Positions 44,171-53,960 of a stretch of 64,000 nt of DNA are shown one piece after another. Source of the stretch: an uncultured Pseudomonadota bacterium (GTDB lineage: Bacteria; Desulfobacterota; Syntrophorhabdia; Syntrophorhabdales; CAYQXL01); contig CAZYVU010000010.1 of the NCBI GenBank assembly GCA_964651435.1, positions 11,392-75,391 on the forward strand, in the 5' to 3' direction. The notes under the pieces were generated by a model. The model did not search any database. It saw only the letters and a list, made by a program, of their open reading frames with translations, and was not told the origin of the DNA. Position 1 is the stretch's first letter; every line of letters starts with the position of its first letter. The translations under genes and the position numbers were made by a program.

Positions 44171-45919
44171 CTATGAATCCTGCTTTGCCCTCTTTTGCCG
44201 GTACATCATCTTGTCGGCACGGCCAAGAATCTCGTCGAGGGTCAAAGGTGCATCGGGGTTGTAGCGGGCCGCACCCATGCTCGCCGAGAGGGCATATCGT
44301 CTGGTCCTGAAACGGTTAAATTCCTGAACGGCTGAAGACCATCGCCCGGCAATGACCTCTCGGGTCTCCTGAGAGGCGTCGATGACAAGGACGGCAAACT
44401 CGTCTCCCCCCATGCGGGCAAGAATATCGGACTCGCGAAACGTCTTCCTTAAAATGTCGGCCATGTCTACAAGGGCCATGTCGCCCTCGTGGTGCCCCAG
44501 CGTGTCGTTTATCCATTTCATGTTGTCCAGATCAAAAAAGAAAAGCTCCATGGCCCTGCCCGTTCTTTCGGCCAGCTTCATCTGTCTCTGAGCAAGGGCA
44601 AAGAACCCCCGTCGATTGTAGAGCCCTGTCAACTCGTCCATAACGGACATGGTGCGAAGCCTCTCCTCCAGCCTTTTTCGATCCGTCACGTCCCTGAGGT
44701 GAGCGAGAGAAACCCGTTGTCCATGATAGGCAATGCCGGCCACGGAGGTTTCTACGGTAAGAACCGAACCATCCTTGCGGACGCCTTTGAATTCGTACCG
44801 GGGAGGCACAGGCTCGCACCGTTGCCGCCTGCGGTTGAGCTCCATGACTCTCTGGCGGTCGTCGGGATGAACGACCACAAAGGGGTCTTGGCCCACAACG
44901 TCCTCGGGCTTGTCATACCCGAACATCTCAAGGAACTTTTGGTTCACATAGATGTGCTGGTCTCCCGAAACAAGTGCTATGCCGTCATTTGAGTGCTCGA
45001 TCGCCATTCTGCAACGCTCTTCCGATTCCAGCAGCTTCTCCTCCGTCTCCTTTCGTTCCGTGATATTCTCGTGGGTGCCCTCGTAGTAGAGCAGGCTCCC
45101 TCTCCCGTCCCGAACGACCCGCGCGTTGACGGAGACCCAGACGGCCCCGCCATCCTTCTTCCGTATCTGGTGCTCAAAGTTTCGCACCGATCCCTGTTCG
45201 GCCAGCAGTTTCTTGAAGAGTTTCCTCTTCCCCGGATCGACATAGTGCTGCGTGGCGATGTCGGTAATGCTTTCCATCATCTCCCTGGCCGAATCATACC
45301 CGCACATCTTGACGAAGGCAGGGTTGACGCTTAGGAAACGCCCCTCCGGGGTGCTCTGGAAAATGCCTTCAACGGCGTTCTCAAAAATGCTCCGGTACTT
45401 CTCCTCGCTTTTTTTTAGGGCTTCCTCCGCCGCCCTCTTTCTGGTCACATCACGCCACACGACATGGGTCAACGTCCTGCCACGAAAGGGAATTAACGTC
45501 AGGGCCACCTCCACCAACAGGTCCTGGTCTTCCGCTGTCCGGTGAAGCCACTCGAAATGGCTGCCGCCATCCCTCTGGGCCACAGACAGCAGACCCTTCT
45601 CCTTCTCCGAAGAGCTTTGGCCGTCGGGCTGGAACTCAGGAGACAGCTCCGATGGGCGCCTCCCTATGACCTGGCCCTTTGTCGAAAGACCTAAAACCCG
45701 CACCGCAGCCTCGTTGGCATCAATAAAATTGTCACCGTCGATAAGAAGGACGGGGTCAGCCGATTTTTCAAAGATGAGATGAAACTTGTTCTCACTTTCC
45801 TCAAGCTGCTTTTCCACGCCTGCGAATCGGAGGAGGTCCGCTTCCAGCTCGGAAACGCGTTTCCGAAGCGCGTTAAGTTCCTGCTGAAGAGCAGTCATTC
45901 GGGGGTTTGGGTTTTTCAT
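44171..45919 (-). CDS. PAS-domain diguanylate cyclase (coiled coil + 3 PAS + GGDEF)
   Basis: C-terminal RMGGDEFAVL with the RESD (RxxD I-site) five residues upstream. There are repeated PAS-like blocks (FENAVEGIFQSTPEGRFLSVNPAF..) and an N-terminal heptad-rich segment. Confidence 0.88.
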   Translation of the reverse strand: MKNPNPRMTALQQELNALRKRVSELEADLLRFAGVEKQLEESENKFHLIFEKSADPVLLIDGDNFIDANEAAVRVLGLSTKGQVIGRRPSELSPEFQPDGQSSSEKEKGLLSVAQRDGGSHFEWLHRTAEDQDLLVEVALTLIPFRGRTLTHVVWRDVTRKRAAEEALKKSEEKYRSIFENAVEGIFQSTPEGRFLSVNPAFVKMCGYDSAREMMESITDIATQHYVDPGKRKLFKKLLAEQGSVRNFEHQIRKKDGGAVWVSVNARVVRDGRGSLLYYEGTHENITERKETEEKLLESEERCRMAIEHSNDGIALVSGDQHIYVNQKFLEMFGYDKPEDVVGQDPFVVVHPDDRQRVMELNRRRQRCEPVPPRYEFKGVRKDGSVLTVETSVAGIAYHGQRVSLAHLRDVTDRKRLEERLRTMSVMDELTGLYNRRGFFALAQRQMKLAERTGRAMELFFFDLDNMKWINDTLGHHEGDMALVDMADILRKTFRESDILARMGGDEFAVLVIDASQETREVIAGRWSSAVQEFNRFRTRRYALSASMGAARYNPDAPLTLDEILGRADKMMYRQKRAKQDS

Positions 45920-46137
45920 TCGCTATGCCTGACGGCAGGCCTGTCCTTGCAGGTAGGGGCCGATTCATTATACCATGTGCAGGCCGCCCTTCCAACCCTA
46001 TTGCCGAAGCGGCCTGCCTGTCGGCGCGGGGAGATCGTTGCCGGAGAGCGGCCCTCGGAGGAGAGGTGCAGGGTCTTTTCTGATATAATCTGTAACAGGC
46101 CGGGTGGTGCCACAGCCGCGACAACAAAGGAGGGGAC

Positions 46138-46338
46138 ATGCCGTACGTTAACATCAGGATCACGAAGGATGGAGCAACAGCGGAACAGAAGGCAAGGCTG
46201 ATCGCCGGGACGACCCAGCTCCTCGTCGATGTGTTGGGGAAAAACCCCCAGACCACTTTCGTCGTCATCGACGAAGTGGATACGGACAACTGGGGCATCG
46301 GGGGCGAAAGCGTGACGGTAAGGCGCAGACGGGGCTGA
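46138..46338 (+). CDS. 4-oxalocrotonate tautomerase family protein
   Basis: MPYVNIRITK (catalytic Pro1 after Met removal). 66 aa. GGAGG RBS. Confidence 0.85.
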   Translation: MPYVNIRITKDGATAEQKARLIAGTTQLLVDVLGKNPQTTFVVIDEVDTDNWGIGGESVTVRRRRG

Positions 46339-46360
46339 TGGGAGCCCACTCAGGTTTCCA

Positions 46361-47947
46361 GTGGCGTCCAAAAAGCAGAAGCGGCAACAGGCCTCGGCGC
46401 CTATTGCCCTGACCGAGGAACAAAGGGATATCATCAGGCGTATTGAGGAGACGACCCAGACATTCTTCATTACCGGCAGGGCGGGCACGGGAAAGTCGAC
46501 CATCATCGACCATTTCATGGGCCTGACGAAGAAGACCGCCGTCAAGCTGGCCCCGACGGGCGTGGCAGCCCTCAACATAGGCGGCCACACGATCCACAGC
46601 TTTTTTGGCTTTCCAACAAACCTGACGGAAGAGAAATTTCTGAAGCTGCGCAAGGACGAGGAAAAGTACCGGGCCCTCGACACGATCATCATCGATGAGA
46701 TATCCATGGTCAGGGCCGACATGCTCGATTTTATCGACCGGTTCCTCGGCGAGGCGCGGCGAAAACCGAAGGCACCTTTTGGCGGCTGTCAGATGGTCTT
46801 CATCGGTGACCTCTATCAGCTTCCCCCCGTCGTTGAGCAGAGGGAGCGCGGCTACTTTCGGGAGGCATACGGAAGCGAGTATTTTTTCAGCGCCCAGGTG
46901 GTGCAGAAGCATAAGTTCAGGATTGTTGAGCTCAACGACATCTTCCGCCAGAGAGACCTCCAGTTTATCCAAATCTTGAATGCAATCCGACACAACGACG
47001 TGGGCAATGAACATCTGGCAATCCTCAACAGCCGCTGCGACCCCGAGTTTGAGCCTCCGGAGGAGGAATTCTTCCTCACCCTTTGCACGCGCCGGGACCT
47101 CGCCGCGCAGATCAACACAAGCAAGCTCGAACGCCTAAGGGGACCGCTCTTCGTAAGTCACGCCGAGATCGTCGGGGACGTGGAGCCCGGCGACTTTCCG
47201 GCTGAGGCGGAGCTTAACCTGAAAAAGAATGCCCAGGTCATGTTCATCCGGAACGACCCGTACGGACGGTGGGTCAACGGCTCCATCGGTATCGTAACGG
47301 CCATCGACACAGAAAACCAGTGTATTTACGTGGAGCTTTCGACGGGCGACGAGGTGGAGGTGGAAAGGGAGACATGGATTATCGAGCAGGTCGAGTACGA
47401 CAAGCGACGCAAGCGTCTTCAGTCAGTCGCCGTGGGTCAGTTCATCCAGTTTCCCCTTTCCTTGTCGTGGGCCATCACGATCCATAAAAGCCAGGGAAAA
47501 ACCTTTGAAAAGGTGATTGTCGACCTGGGAAAAGGCATCTTTGCAGGGGGGCAGCTCTATGTGGCGCTGAGCCGGTGTACGAGCCTCGACGGCCTCGTGC
47601 TCAGACAAAGAATCGAACCGAAACACATTCGGCTCGACCACACGGTATTGCGGTTTTTCTCCAACTACTACGTAGAGCTTGCCGAAACCATCATGACCTA
47701 TGAAGCGAAGCGTCGCCTTCTTGAGGAATCGATACAAAGGCAGATTCCTATCGACATCCGGTACCTCAACGCCCGCAACATAGTAAGTACGCGGCGCATC
47801 CTCCCCCACTCCCTGGAGGAAAAGGAGTACCGGGGAACGACCTTCGTGGGGCTAACGGCCTTCGACCACAAGAGAGGGGAGGTGAGGACCTTCCAGCCGA
47901 AGAGAATCCTTGAAATACTGAACATCCAGGATATCCTCACGGCCTAG
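46361..47947 (+). CDS. Pif1/RecD-like SF1B helicase with a C-terminal WYL-like domain
   Basis: Walker A GRAGTGKST, then APTGVAALNIGG, IIIDEISMV, FIGDLYQLPPV and HKSQGKTF..LYVALSRC. The last ~80 aa (IDIRY..TRRILPH..VGLTAFDHKRGEVRTFQPKRI) look WYL-like. GTG start. Confidence 0.8.
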   Translation: MASKKQKRQQASAPIALTEEQRDIIRRIEETTQTFFITGRAGTGKSTIIDHFMGLTKKTAVKLAPTGVAALNIGGHTIHSFFGFPTNLTEEKFLKLRKDEEKYRALDTIIIDEISMVRADMLDFIDRFLGEARRKPKAPFGGCQMVFIGDLYQLPPVVEQRERGYFREAYGSEYFFSAQVVQKHKFRIVELNDIFRQRDLQFIQILNAIRHNDVGNEHLAILNSRCDPEFEPPEEEFFLTLCTRRDLAAQINTSKLERLRGPLFVSHAEIVGDVEPGDFPAEAELNLKKNAQVMFIRNDPYGRWVNGSIGIVTAIDTENQCIYVELSTGDEVEVERETWIIEQVEYDKRRKRLQSVAVGQFIQFPLSLSWAITIHKSQGKTFEKVIVDLGKGIFAGGQLYVALSRCTSLDGLVLRQRIEPKHIRLDHTVLRFFSNYYVELAETIMTYEAKRRLLEESIQRQIPIDIRYLNARNIVSTRRILPHSLEEKEYRGTTFVGLTAFDHKRGEVRTFQPKRILEILNIQDILTA

Positions 47948-48002
47948 CCCTCCCATCCTCTCGCGAGGAGGATCCTACAAGAGGCGGGGGCCACCTCCAG
48001 CC

Positions 48003-49424
48003 TTACTGCTGCCTGGAGAATTCCAACCTGAGGTTCCCCGTTCCAATCACCCCCGTGTCGGCGTGTATCGTCGCCTTTCCCGTGATAATGACAGACATGA
48101 CCTGCCCCGAAGCGTCCTTCTTCATCGTCCCCTTGGCCTCGAACATGGAGAAGCCGGGATAGTACCGGTCAGGCGGCAGAAGGATCGCTCCCGGGCCGCT
48201 TCCGTTCACCATCACCTGCTCCGTTTTCATCTTCGGCATCTCCGTTCCAAGGTGGCTGAGGTTTTCAAGCATAAAATAGGTACCGTCGAGGGCATAGCAG
48301 GAAAGCGCCGTCGGCCGTCTATAGGTGGCCGTCATGTAACAGGTGCCCTGTATTGCCTTTGTCGTGGTCTTGAATTTGACGTTGCCGCTCTTGTCCTCCT
48401 CCAGGGACGTGACCCTAAGGGACGCCGAGAGGGGGGCCGTCCAGAGCGTACTCGTACTAATGAACCGGCCGGCGCCGCTGGGGTTCGCTCCGACGGGTAC
48501 CGTGGCGGCCACATACTGGGCCTTCCAATCGACAACCGACACCGTGTTGTCGAGGGTGTTCATCGTGTAGAGATACCGGTCCGACCGGTCTACGTCGATG
48601 TTGTAAGGGTAGTCCCCCACAGGTATCGTGGCCACCACCGTGCCCGTCGCTGTCTTGATGACGGAAACGGTATCGGACAGGCTGTTTGTCACAAATGCAT
48701 ATGTGCCGGAACGGTTGAAGACAACCGAGGTGGGCCCCGATCCGACAGGGATCTTGGAGAACGAATAGGTGTAAGGATTGACAACTGCAACTGCCCCTTC
48801 GCCATAATCGCAGACGAAGACCGATGCCCCCGACGGATGGACGGCTACACCGGCAAGAGATGTGCCGACGGCAATGGTGGCTATGATCGACTTGTAACGA
48901 GTGTCAACGATAGAAAGGCCATCGCCTCCTGAGACATAGACGTACCTATTTGACGGGTCAACGGCAATGTAGCTGCAAAGCCGGCCCATGGGAATAGTCG
49001 CCGTCACGGTCTGCGAGAAGAGGTCGAGAACCTGGACAGAATGGCTCGGCCCATCTATAACGTAGGCCGTCGTTTCCGTGCTGTTGACGGCAAGTGCCCC
49101 CGGTCCTCCCCCTCCCGTTGGAATGGTGGCCCACACCGCGTTGCTGACCGTGTCGATTACGGAGATGGTTTGGTCAGTGCGGTTCGTCACGTACACATTG
49201 TAACCGCCGGCGCCGACGGCGACTCCGCTGGGCTCACCGCCCACGGGGATCGTTGCGGTGACAACCCAGGCGTCCGTATCAACGACGGAAACGCTACTGC
49301 CGGCCCAATTGACGACGTACGCAAAGTGCCCCGGTGGAGGTGTAAGTGCCGCTGCGGGCGACAGGGTGAGCAACGAAAGTATAAATGCTGCCGATACCGA
49401 TGCCTTTACAAGAAATCGATTCAT
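48003..49424 (-). CDS. Secreted YVTN-family beta-propeller repeat protein with an extra C-terminal domain
   Basis: Signal peptide MNRFLVKASVSAAFILSLLTLSPAAA. Repeated blocks of the form YVTNxxxxTVSVID (VYVTNRTDQTISVIDT, AFVTNSLSDTVSVIKT, LYTMNTLDNTVSVVD). Confidence 0.8.
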   Translation of the reverse strand: MNRFLVKASVSAAFILSLLTLSPAAALTPPPGHFAYVVNWAGSSVSVVDTDAWVVTATIPVGGEPSGVAVGAGGYNVYVTNRTDQTISVIDTVSNAVWATIPTGGGGPGALAVNSTETTAYVIDGPSHSVQVLDLFSQTVTATIPMGRLCSYIAVDPSNRYVYVSGGDGLSIVDTRYKSIIATIAVGTSLAGVAVHPSGASVFVCDYGEGAVAVVNPYTYSFSKIPVGSGPTSVVFNRSGTYAFVTNSLSDTVSVIKTATGTVVATIPVGDYPYNIDVDRSDRYLYTMNTLDNTVSVVDWKAQYVAATVPVGANPSGAGRFISTSTLWTAPLSASLRVTSLEEDKSGNVKFKTTTKAIQGTCYMTATYRRPTALSCYALDGTYFMLENLSHLGTEMPKMKTEQVMVNGSGPGAILLPPDRYYPGFSMFEAKGTMKKDASGQVMSVIITGKATIHADTGVIGTGNLRLEFSRQQ

Positions 49425-49777
49425 GGCGCAACCCCCTTTGTGTAATGTGCTCATTTCCTTAGTATGCACCACAAATCCGTTTTTGTGAAGACCATACACA
49501 CGGTCATTTTACGGGCCTCCGTGTCTCCATCGGCAGCCCTGCCTTTTGAATTTACTTGTCAAAGGCCCTTCCTTGAGCTAAGATTGCGGTGCAGAAGGAA
49601 ACTGCCCCGGCGCCGTGCCACGGCCGGGGGCAAATTGGCTGGCGGTTACACCGCCTCCGTAGGGCAGGACCACACGGTCGCGCCTCGGAGAGCGGGAGAT
49701 CCCGGGGCACCGGCGGGAAGACAGGCCCGCCGATAGGGCACCGTCCGAATCACTGACTTGGAGGTAGGGGTTTTACG

Positions 49778-50023
49778 ATGGAACTAACTGCGGCCGAAAG
49801 GGACATGCTCGTCAAGATAGCAAACAATCAATTCACGGGGGGTGCCTACCGGCGCGCCACATTTATCGATAGGGTCTGCAGGAGCAAGGAGGACAGGGCC
49901 GTCCTTGACGAGCTCTGCCGGAAGGGACTGGCTGAAACGGGACTCGGCGGAACGGTGGCGGGCGATGTCTATGACGGCTGCTGGCTTACCGAGCAGGGCA
50001 AGGCAGAGGCGGGCATCGGTTAG
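49778..50023 (+). CDS. Hypothetical 81-aa protein
   Basis: ATG preceded by GGAGGTAGGGG. No motif recognised. Confidence 0.45.
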   Translation: MELTAAERDMLVKIANNQFTGGAYRRATFIDRVCRSKEDRAVLDELCRKGLAETGLGGTVAGDVYDGCWLTEQGKAEAGIG

Positions 50024-50053
50024 CCGGTGGGCTTGAGTCTCCAACCCGGCCTG

Positions 50054-50899
50054 TCAGTTTTTGAACCAATACGCTGACGCCGGGCGCTCGCCGCCAATGG
50101 GCTTCTTCGCCCCAATCCACGCAAAGGCCTCCTCGGCCGTTCCCAAGTAGTGGTACTTGGCGAAAATTTCCCGGCTCTCCTTCGACACCATAAAACTCTT
50201 AAACCTTTCGGCCAAGGAAATATTCTCGGCGTGGGCAAGGACGGCTGCCTGTCCGGCCCCGATTCTCTGAACTTCGCTTGCCTTCAGCTTGATTGTGTCG
50301 ATCTTCTCCGGGTACAGATCGCTCATGTTGTGAAGCCCGATGATTGCATCTACATTCTTGAAAGTGAGGGCCATCGCAAGCCTGTTGGCGTCGATGGGAT
50401 AGGCGACCACGTTTCTCCTGAAGGCAGCCAGTTGCTCTGCGTTGAACGCCTTTTCTACAATCTCGGCAGCCACCATGCCCGCAAACACCACCTCCGGATT
50501 GGCAATGGCCACCTTCAGTGATGGCCTCGTAAGATCCTGGAGCCCCTTAATGTTCTTAGGGTTGCCCTTCTGTACGTTAATGGCGGGGACAAAATATGCA
50601 ATCGGCTCTGCCGGTGATGTCGCCAGCAACCCTTTTGTTCTGGCCTGCTCCATGGCATAGACCGACGGCCCGACAAAGAGGTCGCCCTTCTTCGTAAGGG
50701 AGATTTGGGCAAGGAGCGTACCCACGCCCCCATAGCTCACCTGCACATTCACCTTGGTCCGCGATGCAAAAGCCTTGCTTATCTCCTCTATCGGCTGCTT
50801 AAATGCGGCCCCGCAAAAAACCATGAGCCGATCTTCCGCCTGAGCGGCAGCGGTCCATGTCAGTATCGCAACAACGAGCACAAAACCTACAAGCCTCAT
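50054..50899 (-). CDS. Periplasmic molybdate/tungstate-type (ModA-like) substrate-binding protein, orphan
   Basis: Signal peptide MRLVGFVLVVAILTWTAAAQA. FCGAAFKQPIEEI..YGGVGTLLAQI..GDLFVGPS resembles ModA-type PBPs. A ModE-box-like palindrome lies upstream. Confidence 0.6.
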   Translation of the reverse strand: MRLVGFVLVVAILTWTAAAQAEDRLMVFCGAAFKQPIEEISKAFASRTKVNVQVSYGGVGTLLAQISLTKKGDLFVGPSVYAMEQARTKGLLATSPAEPIAYFVPAINVQKGNPKNIKGLQDLTRPSLKVAIANPEVVFAGMVAAEIVEKAFNAEQLAAFRRNVVAYPIDANRLAMALTFKNVDAIIGLHNMSDLYPEKIDTIKLKASEVQRIGAGQAAVLAHAENISLAERFKSFMVSKESREIFAKYHYLGTAEEAFAWIGAKKPIGGERPASAYWFKN

Positions 50900-50949
50900 G
50901 AAGCTCACGATGCCCCTCCTTGATCCCAAGCCGATTCTTGTTTTGGCAC

Positions 50950-50976
50950 ATCGTTATATACTAATTTATATAACGC
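50950..50976. promoter_or_regulatory. ModE-box-like palindromic operator
   Basis: ATCGTTATATA-CTAATT-TATATAACGC has perfect 8-bp arms GTTATATA/TATATAAC with a 6-bp spacer, ~50 bp upstream of the ModA-like gene. It matches the CGnTATATA-N6-TATATAnCG Mo-box pattern as I recall it. Confidence 0.6.
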
Positions 50977-51042
50977 ACTGTCAAGAGGTTTTCAGTACAG
51001 GGGACCGACGGGACACATACCGGCCTGCCTGATGGTCTTAAA

Positions 51043-51609
51043 TTATTGCGTTGGAAGGGGTGCGAAAATCGCCAGAACCCCCAGCACGATGAACAGGGCG
51101 GCGGCTATCCAGTGCATCACCTTCATATTGATCCGGTGCGTGAGTTTTTCCCCTACCCATACGGCCGGCACGTTGGCGATCATCATGCCGAGGGTGGTTC
51201 CCATAACCACGGCCGTCAATGAATTATATCTCGCCGCCAGCGCAACGGTTGCCAACTGCGTCTTATCGCCCATCTCCACGAGGAAAAAGGCGATCAGCGT
51301 TGTGACAAATACGCCCGTACCCCTGAGCTTCTGGTCGTCACCCAGCTTGTCCGGCTTCAGGGCCCATATGCCAAAGGCAAAGAAGGAGAGTGCCACAATC
51401 CACTTCAGCGTCGTCGGCGAAACAAGTGAGGCAAGCCACGAGCCTACATAGCCGGCAAAGAAATGGTTGGCCACAGTGGCAAAAAAGATGCCCAGGATGA
51501 TTGCCAGCCTGTGTTTCAGCTTGGCGGCAAGAACGAAAGATAGTAGCTGCGTCTTATCGCCCATCTCGGCGAGCGTCACAATCGACGTGGACAGAAAAAA
51601 GGCTTCCAT
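51043..51609 (-). CDS. UPF0016/GDT1/TMEM165 family cation (Mn2+/Ca2+) transporter
   Basis: Two copies of the family signature E-x-G-D-K-T (LAEMGDKTQLL and LVEMGDKTQLA) in a 6-TM protein. ATG at 51609. Confidence 0.88.
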   Translation of the reverse strand: MEAFFLSTSIVTLAEMGDKTQLLSFVLAAKLKHRLAIILGIFFATVANHFFAGYVGSWLASLVSPTTLKWIVALSFFAFGIWALKPDKLGDDQKLRGTGVFVTTLIAFFLVEMGDKTQLATVALAARYNSLTAVVMGTTLGMMIANVPAVWVGEKLTHRINMKVMHWIAAALFIVLGVLAIFAPLPTQ

Positions 51610-51929
51610 TACGCGGTTTTCCTTTGCTGAAGATGAAGTCAGCTTGTGCCGGCTGGGCGGAACAAGGATCATACGAGTGAGCGCTAAACCGTAGAGTCTT
51701 TACCCTCCGGTATGGCCGGCAAGCCACCGCGCCCTTGCGGCGAGCTGCACTCAAGTATAACCAAAAATCCTCAACTGGGCAAGGGGCGGGAACAGGGCGC
51801 AGCCTCTGATTATGGCTCTCGTGGGCATGACAGGCATATGGTTTTGCTATGGCCGGAACAACAGCGGAACCATCCTTGCCCGAGTGCCGCAAGCAGGATG
51901 GCCCCAGGAGCCCCACGATGCCGGGAAAC

Positions 51930-52514
51930 TCACAAGCCTTCTGCCAAACTGACAAGCCCTGCTGCCACGTTCTTGAAAGCAGCTATGAGAGACAGGTACA
52001 GGTACGATGCCTTGGGCATGCACGCGCCCGTGATAAGCCTCCCCTCATGCATCAATGCGCACCTGTCGGCCATTTCGATGATCTTCTCCCTCCCTGTCCT
52101 GATGTTTACCTTGAGGGTGGGATTCCTCGTGAGAATGAAGTCGTGTGTTTCCTTGAACTGTTGCTTCATCGCCACAAAAAGGTCCGATATCTCTACGGTG
52201 GCCTTCACGCTAAGCATAATGTTGAGCTGCAGGATCGTCTTCTGTCTGGCTGTCATGTCCCGAACGGCCAATGCAACACGTTGCAGGGGCACCAATAGGC
52301 CCAAAAACTTCTTTTCTATTTCGTTTTTCTGCTCTTTGGCCGCAATCTCTTCAAACACCGGAAGGTTGGAAGAAAGGACGGTCACGAACTGCTGCTCCCC
52401 CTGCAACAGCATCTTTTGATCCTGTGTCAAAAACCCTTTCGAAATATTCTCTAAAGCGGGCATTGCTGCATCGAAAATCTCATGAAGCTTCTGTGTCAAA
52501 TCTTTTTCTTCCAT
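51930..52514 (-). CDS. Hypothetical helical protein (194 aa)
   Basis: Long ORF with an ATG start in a more AT-rich stretch. Heptad-rich and helical-looking, with no diagnostic motif. Confidence 0.5.
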   Translation of the reverse strand: MEEKDLTQKLHEIFDAAMPALENISKGFLTQDQKMLLQGEQQFVTVLSSNLPVFEEIAAKEQKNEIEKKFLGLLVPLQRVALAVRDMTARQKTILQLNIMLSVKATVEISDLFVAMKQQFKETHDFILTRNPTLKVNIRTGREKIIEMADRCALMHEGRLITGACMPKASYLYLSLIAAFKNVAAGLVSLAEGL

Positions 52515-52985
52515 GGCTTACACCTCCTCGATGAACCATCTGAGGCTCGCCTTCTGCCATGAGGCTGCGATTTCCGGCTCCGCACGTCTCCGAAACGGCA
52601 TTCGGGCGCTGTGCTATTTAATGGAGCGCATACTATTCCTAATAGCACGCACAACCTATTTGTCAATCGGGATCCGACAGCGCCCCCCGTACCGGCCTCT
52701 ACCCGTCTTTTTGGCAAGGCCACGCGGATAGCTCTTCTGGCGTCACCATTGGCGCTATGGGCCACTTTGTCGATGAAACCCTATCTCCCCTTTCGCCGTG
52801 CATCTGCTATGCCCTTGGCGAGAACGTCACTCCGAAAGCAACTATGCGGGGAAGAATGAAGGGATGGAGTTTGCTCTACTCTGCGGCCATCGACAACGGA
52901 TGACATTCTTCCTTGGAAGTGTTATAAGCCTTGAAGGAGCACTGCTTCGGCAGACTAACGTTTCGAGAAAGCTTTTGGAGGGGTT

Positions 52986-53960
52986 ATGAAGATTGTAACG
53001 TTGGAAGAGGGGTTTCTGACCCCGGATGTACTGAAGATATTTGGCGAGAAGGCCGACACAGATCCGTACACCATGAAGACTTCCGCCGCCCTCGTCGGCA
53101 CCAATGTGATGGAGGCGTATCTGGACCTGGGGGAAGGGCGGATTGCCGCCATGGACGAAGCGGGAATCGATATGCAGGTCCTTTCCTTTTCCGCGCCCCA
53201 GATTGCAGATACCGAGACGGCCATTCACATCATGACGGAGGCCAACGATAAGGCCGCAGAAGCCGTCAGCAAATATCCATCGCGATTTGCCGCCTTTGCA
53301 GCACTGACGGCAACGGATCCCTCGGCCGTCGTTACGGAATTTGAGCGGGTCTTGGCTAAGCCGGGCTTTGTGGGCGGATTCATCTGCGGAACCATGAACG
53401 GCGAATTCCTCGATGAGAGGAAATATTGGCCCATTCTTGAGTGCGCCGAGGCGCATCGTGCGCCCATCTATCTCCATCCGTATTTTCCTCTTCCCGGGGT
53501 TATGCAGACCTATTTCAAAGGGCGGGAAGAGCTATCGGCGCCGGTATGGGGCTTCATGGTCGACGCGAGCTGTCATTTTCTTCGGCTGCTGACGGCCGGG
53601 GTCTTTGACCAGTTCCCGGAACTGAAGATCATCCTGGGGCACCTCGGCGAATCGATCCCCTACAACCTTGACAGGATCAACACGCGCCTATCCGCCTTCG
53701 CACGCGAGAAGCTAAAAAGAAGCCCGGCGGACTATATTCTGAACAATCTGGTCATCACGACCAGCGGCAACTTCTCTCCTCAGTCGCTGCTATGCGCAAT
53801 GAACACGATCGGCGCAGACAATATTCTATTTTCGGCTGACTGGCCCAACGAATCGAACAAAACGGCCGTCGATTTCCTGGAACACCTGCCCGTCAGCAGA
53901 CCCGATCTGGAAAAGATTGCTTACAGGAACGCGGAACGGGTGCTCGGGTTAACGTCATAA
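52986..53960 (+). CDS. Amidohydrolase-2 (ACMSD-like decarboxylase/hydrolase) family protein
   Basis: Size and pattern (IDMQVLS.., YLHPYFP, ILGHLGE, FSADWP) are typical of PF04909-type TIM-barrel metal hydrolases. GGAGG RBS. Confidence 0.75.
   Translation: MKIVTLEEGFLTPDVLKIFGEKADTDPYTMKTSAALVGTNVMEAYLDLGEGRIAAMDEAGIDMQVLSFSAPQIADTETAIHIMTEANDKAAEAVSKYPSRFAAFAALTATDPSAVVTEFERVLAKPGFVGGFICGTMNGEFLDERKYWPILECAEAHRAPIYLHPYFPLPGVMQTYFKGREELSAPVWGFMVDASCHFLRLLTAGVFDQFPELKIILGHLGESIPYNLDRINTRLSAFAREKLKRSPADYILNNLVITTSGNFSPQSLLCAMNTIGADNILFSADWPNESNKTAVDFLEHLPVSRPDLEKIAYRNAERVLGLTS

Noticed and set aside
45916-47014. Minus-strand ORFs of 268 and 249 aa
   Set aside because: They are antisense to the tautomerase and Pif1 helicase genes and have no motifs.
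47958-47977. The ATCCTC-TCGCGAG-GAGGAT hairpin between convergent genes as a terminator
   Set aside because: It has only a 6-bp stem and no U-tract on either strand, which is too weak to call.
51610-51930. A yybP-ykoY (Mn2+) riboswitch upstream of the GDT1/UPF0016 gene
   Set aside because: I looked for the conserved GGGGAGUAG and GGAGAGACAUA blocks on the minus strand and did not find them. An Infernal scan would be definitive.
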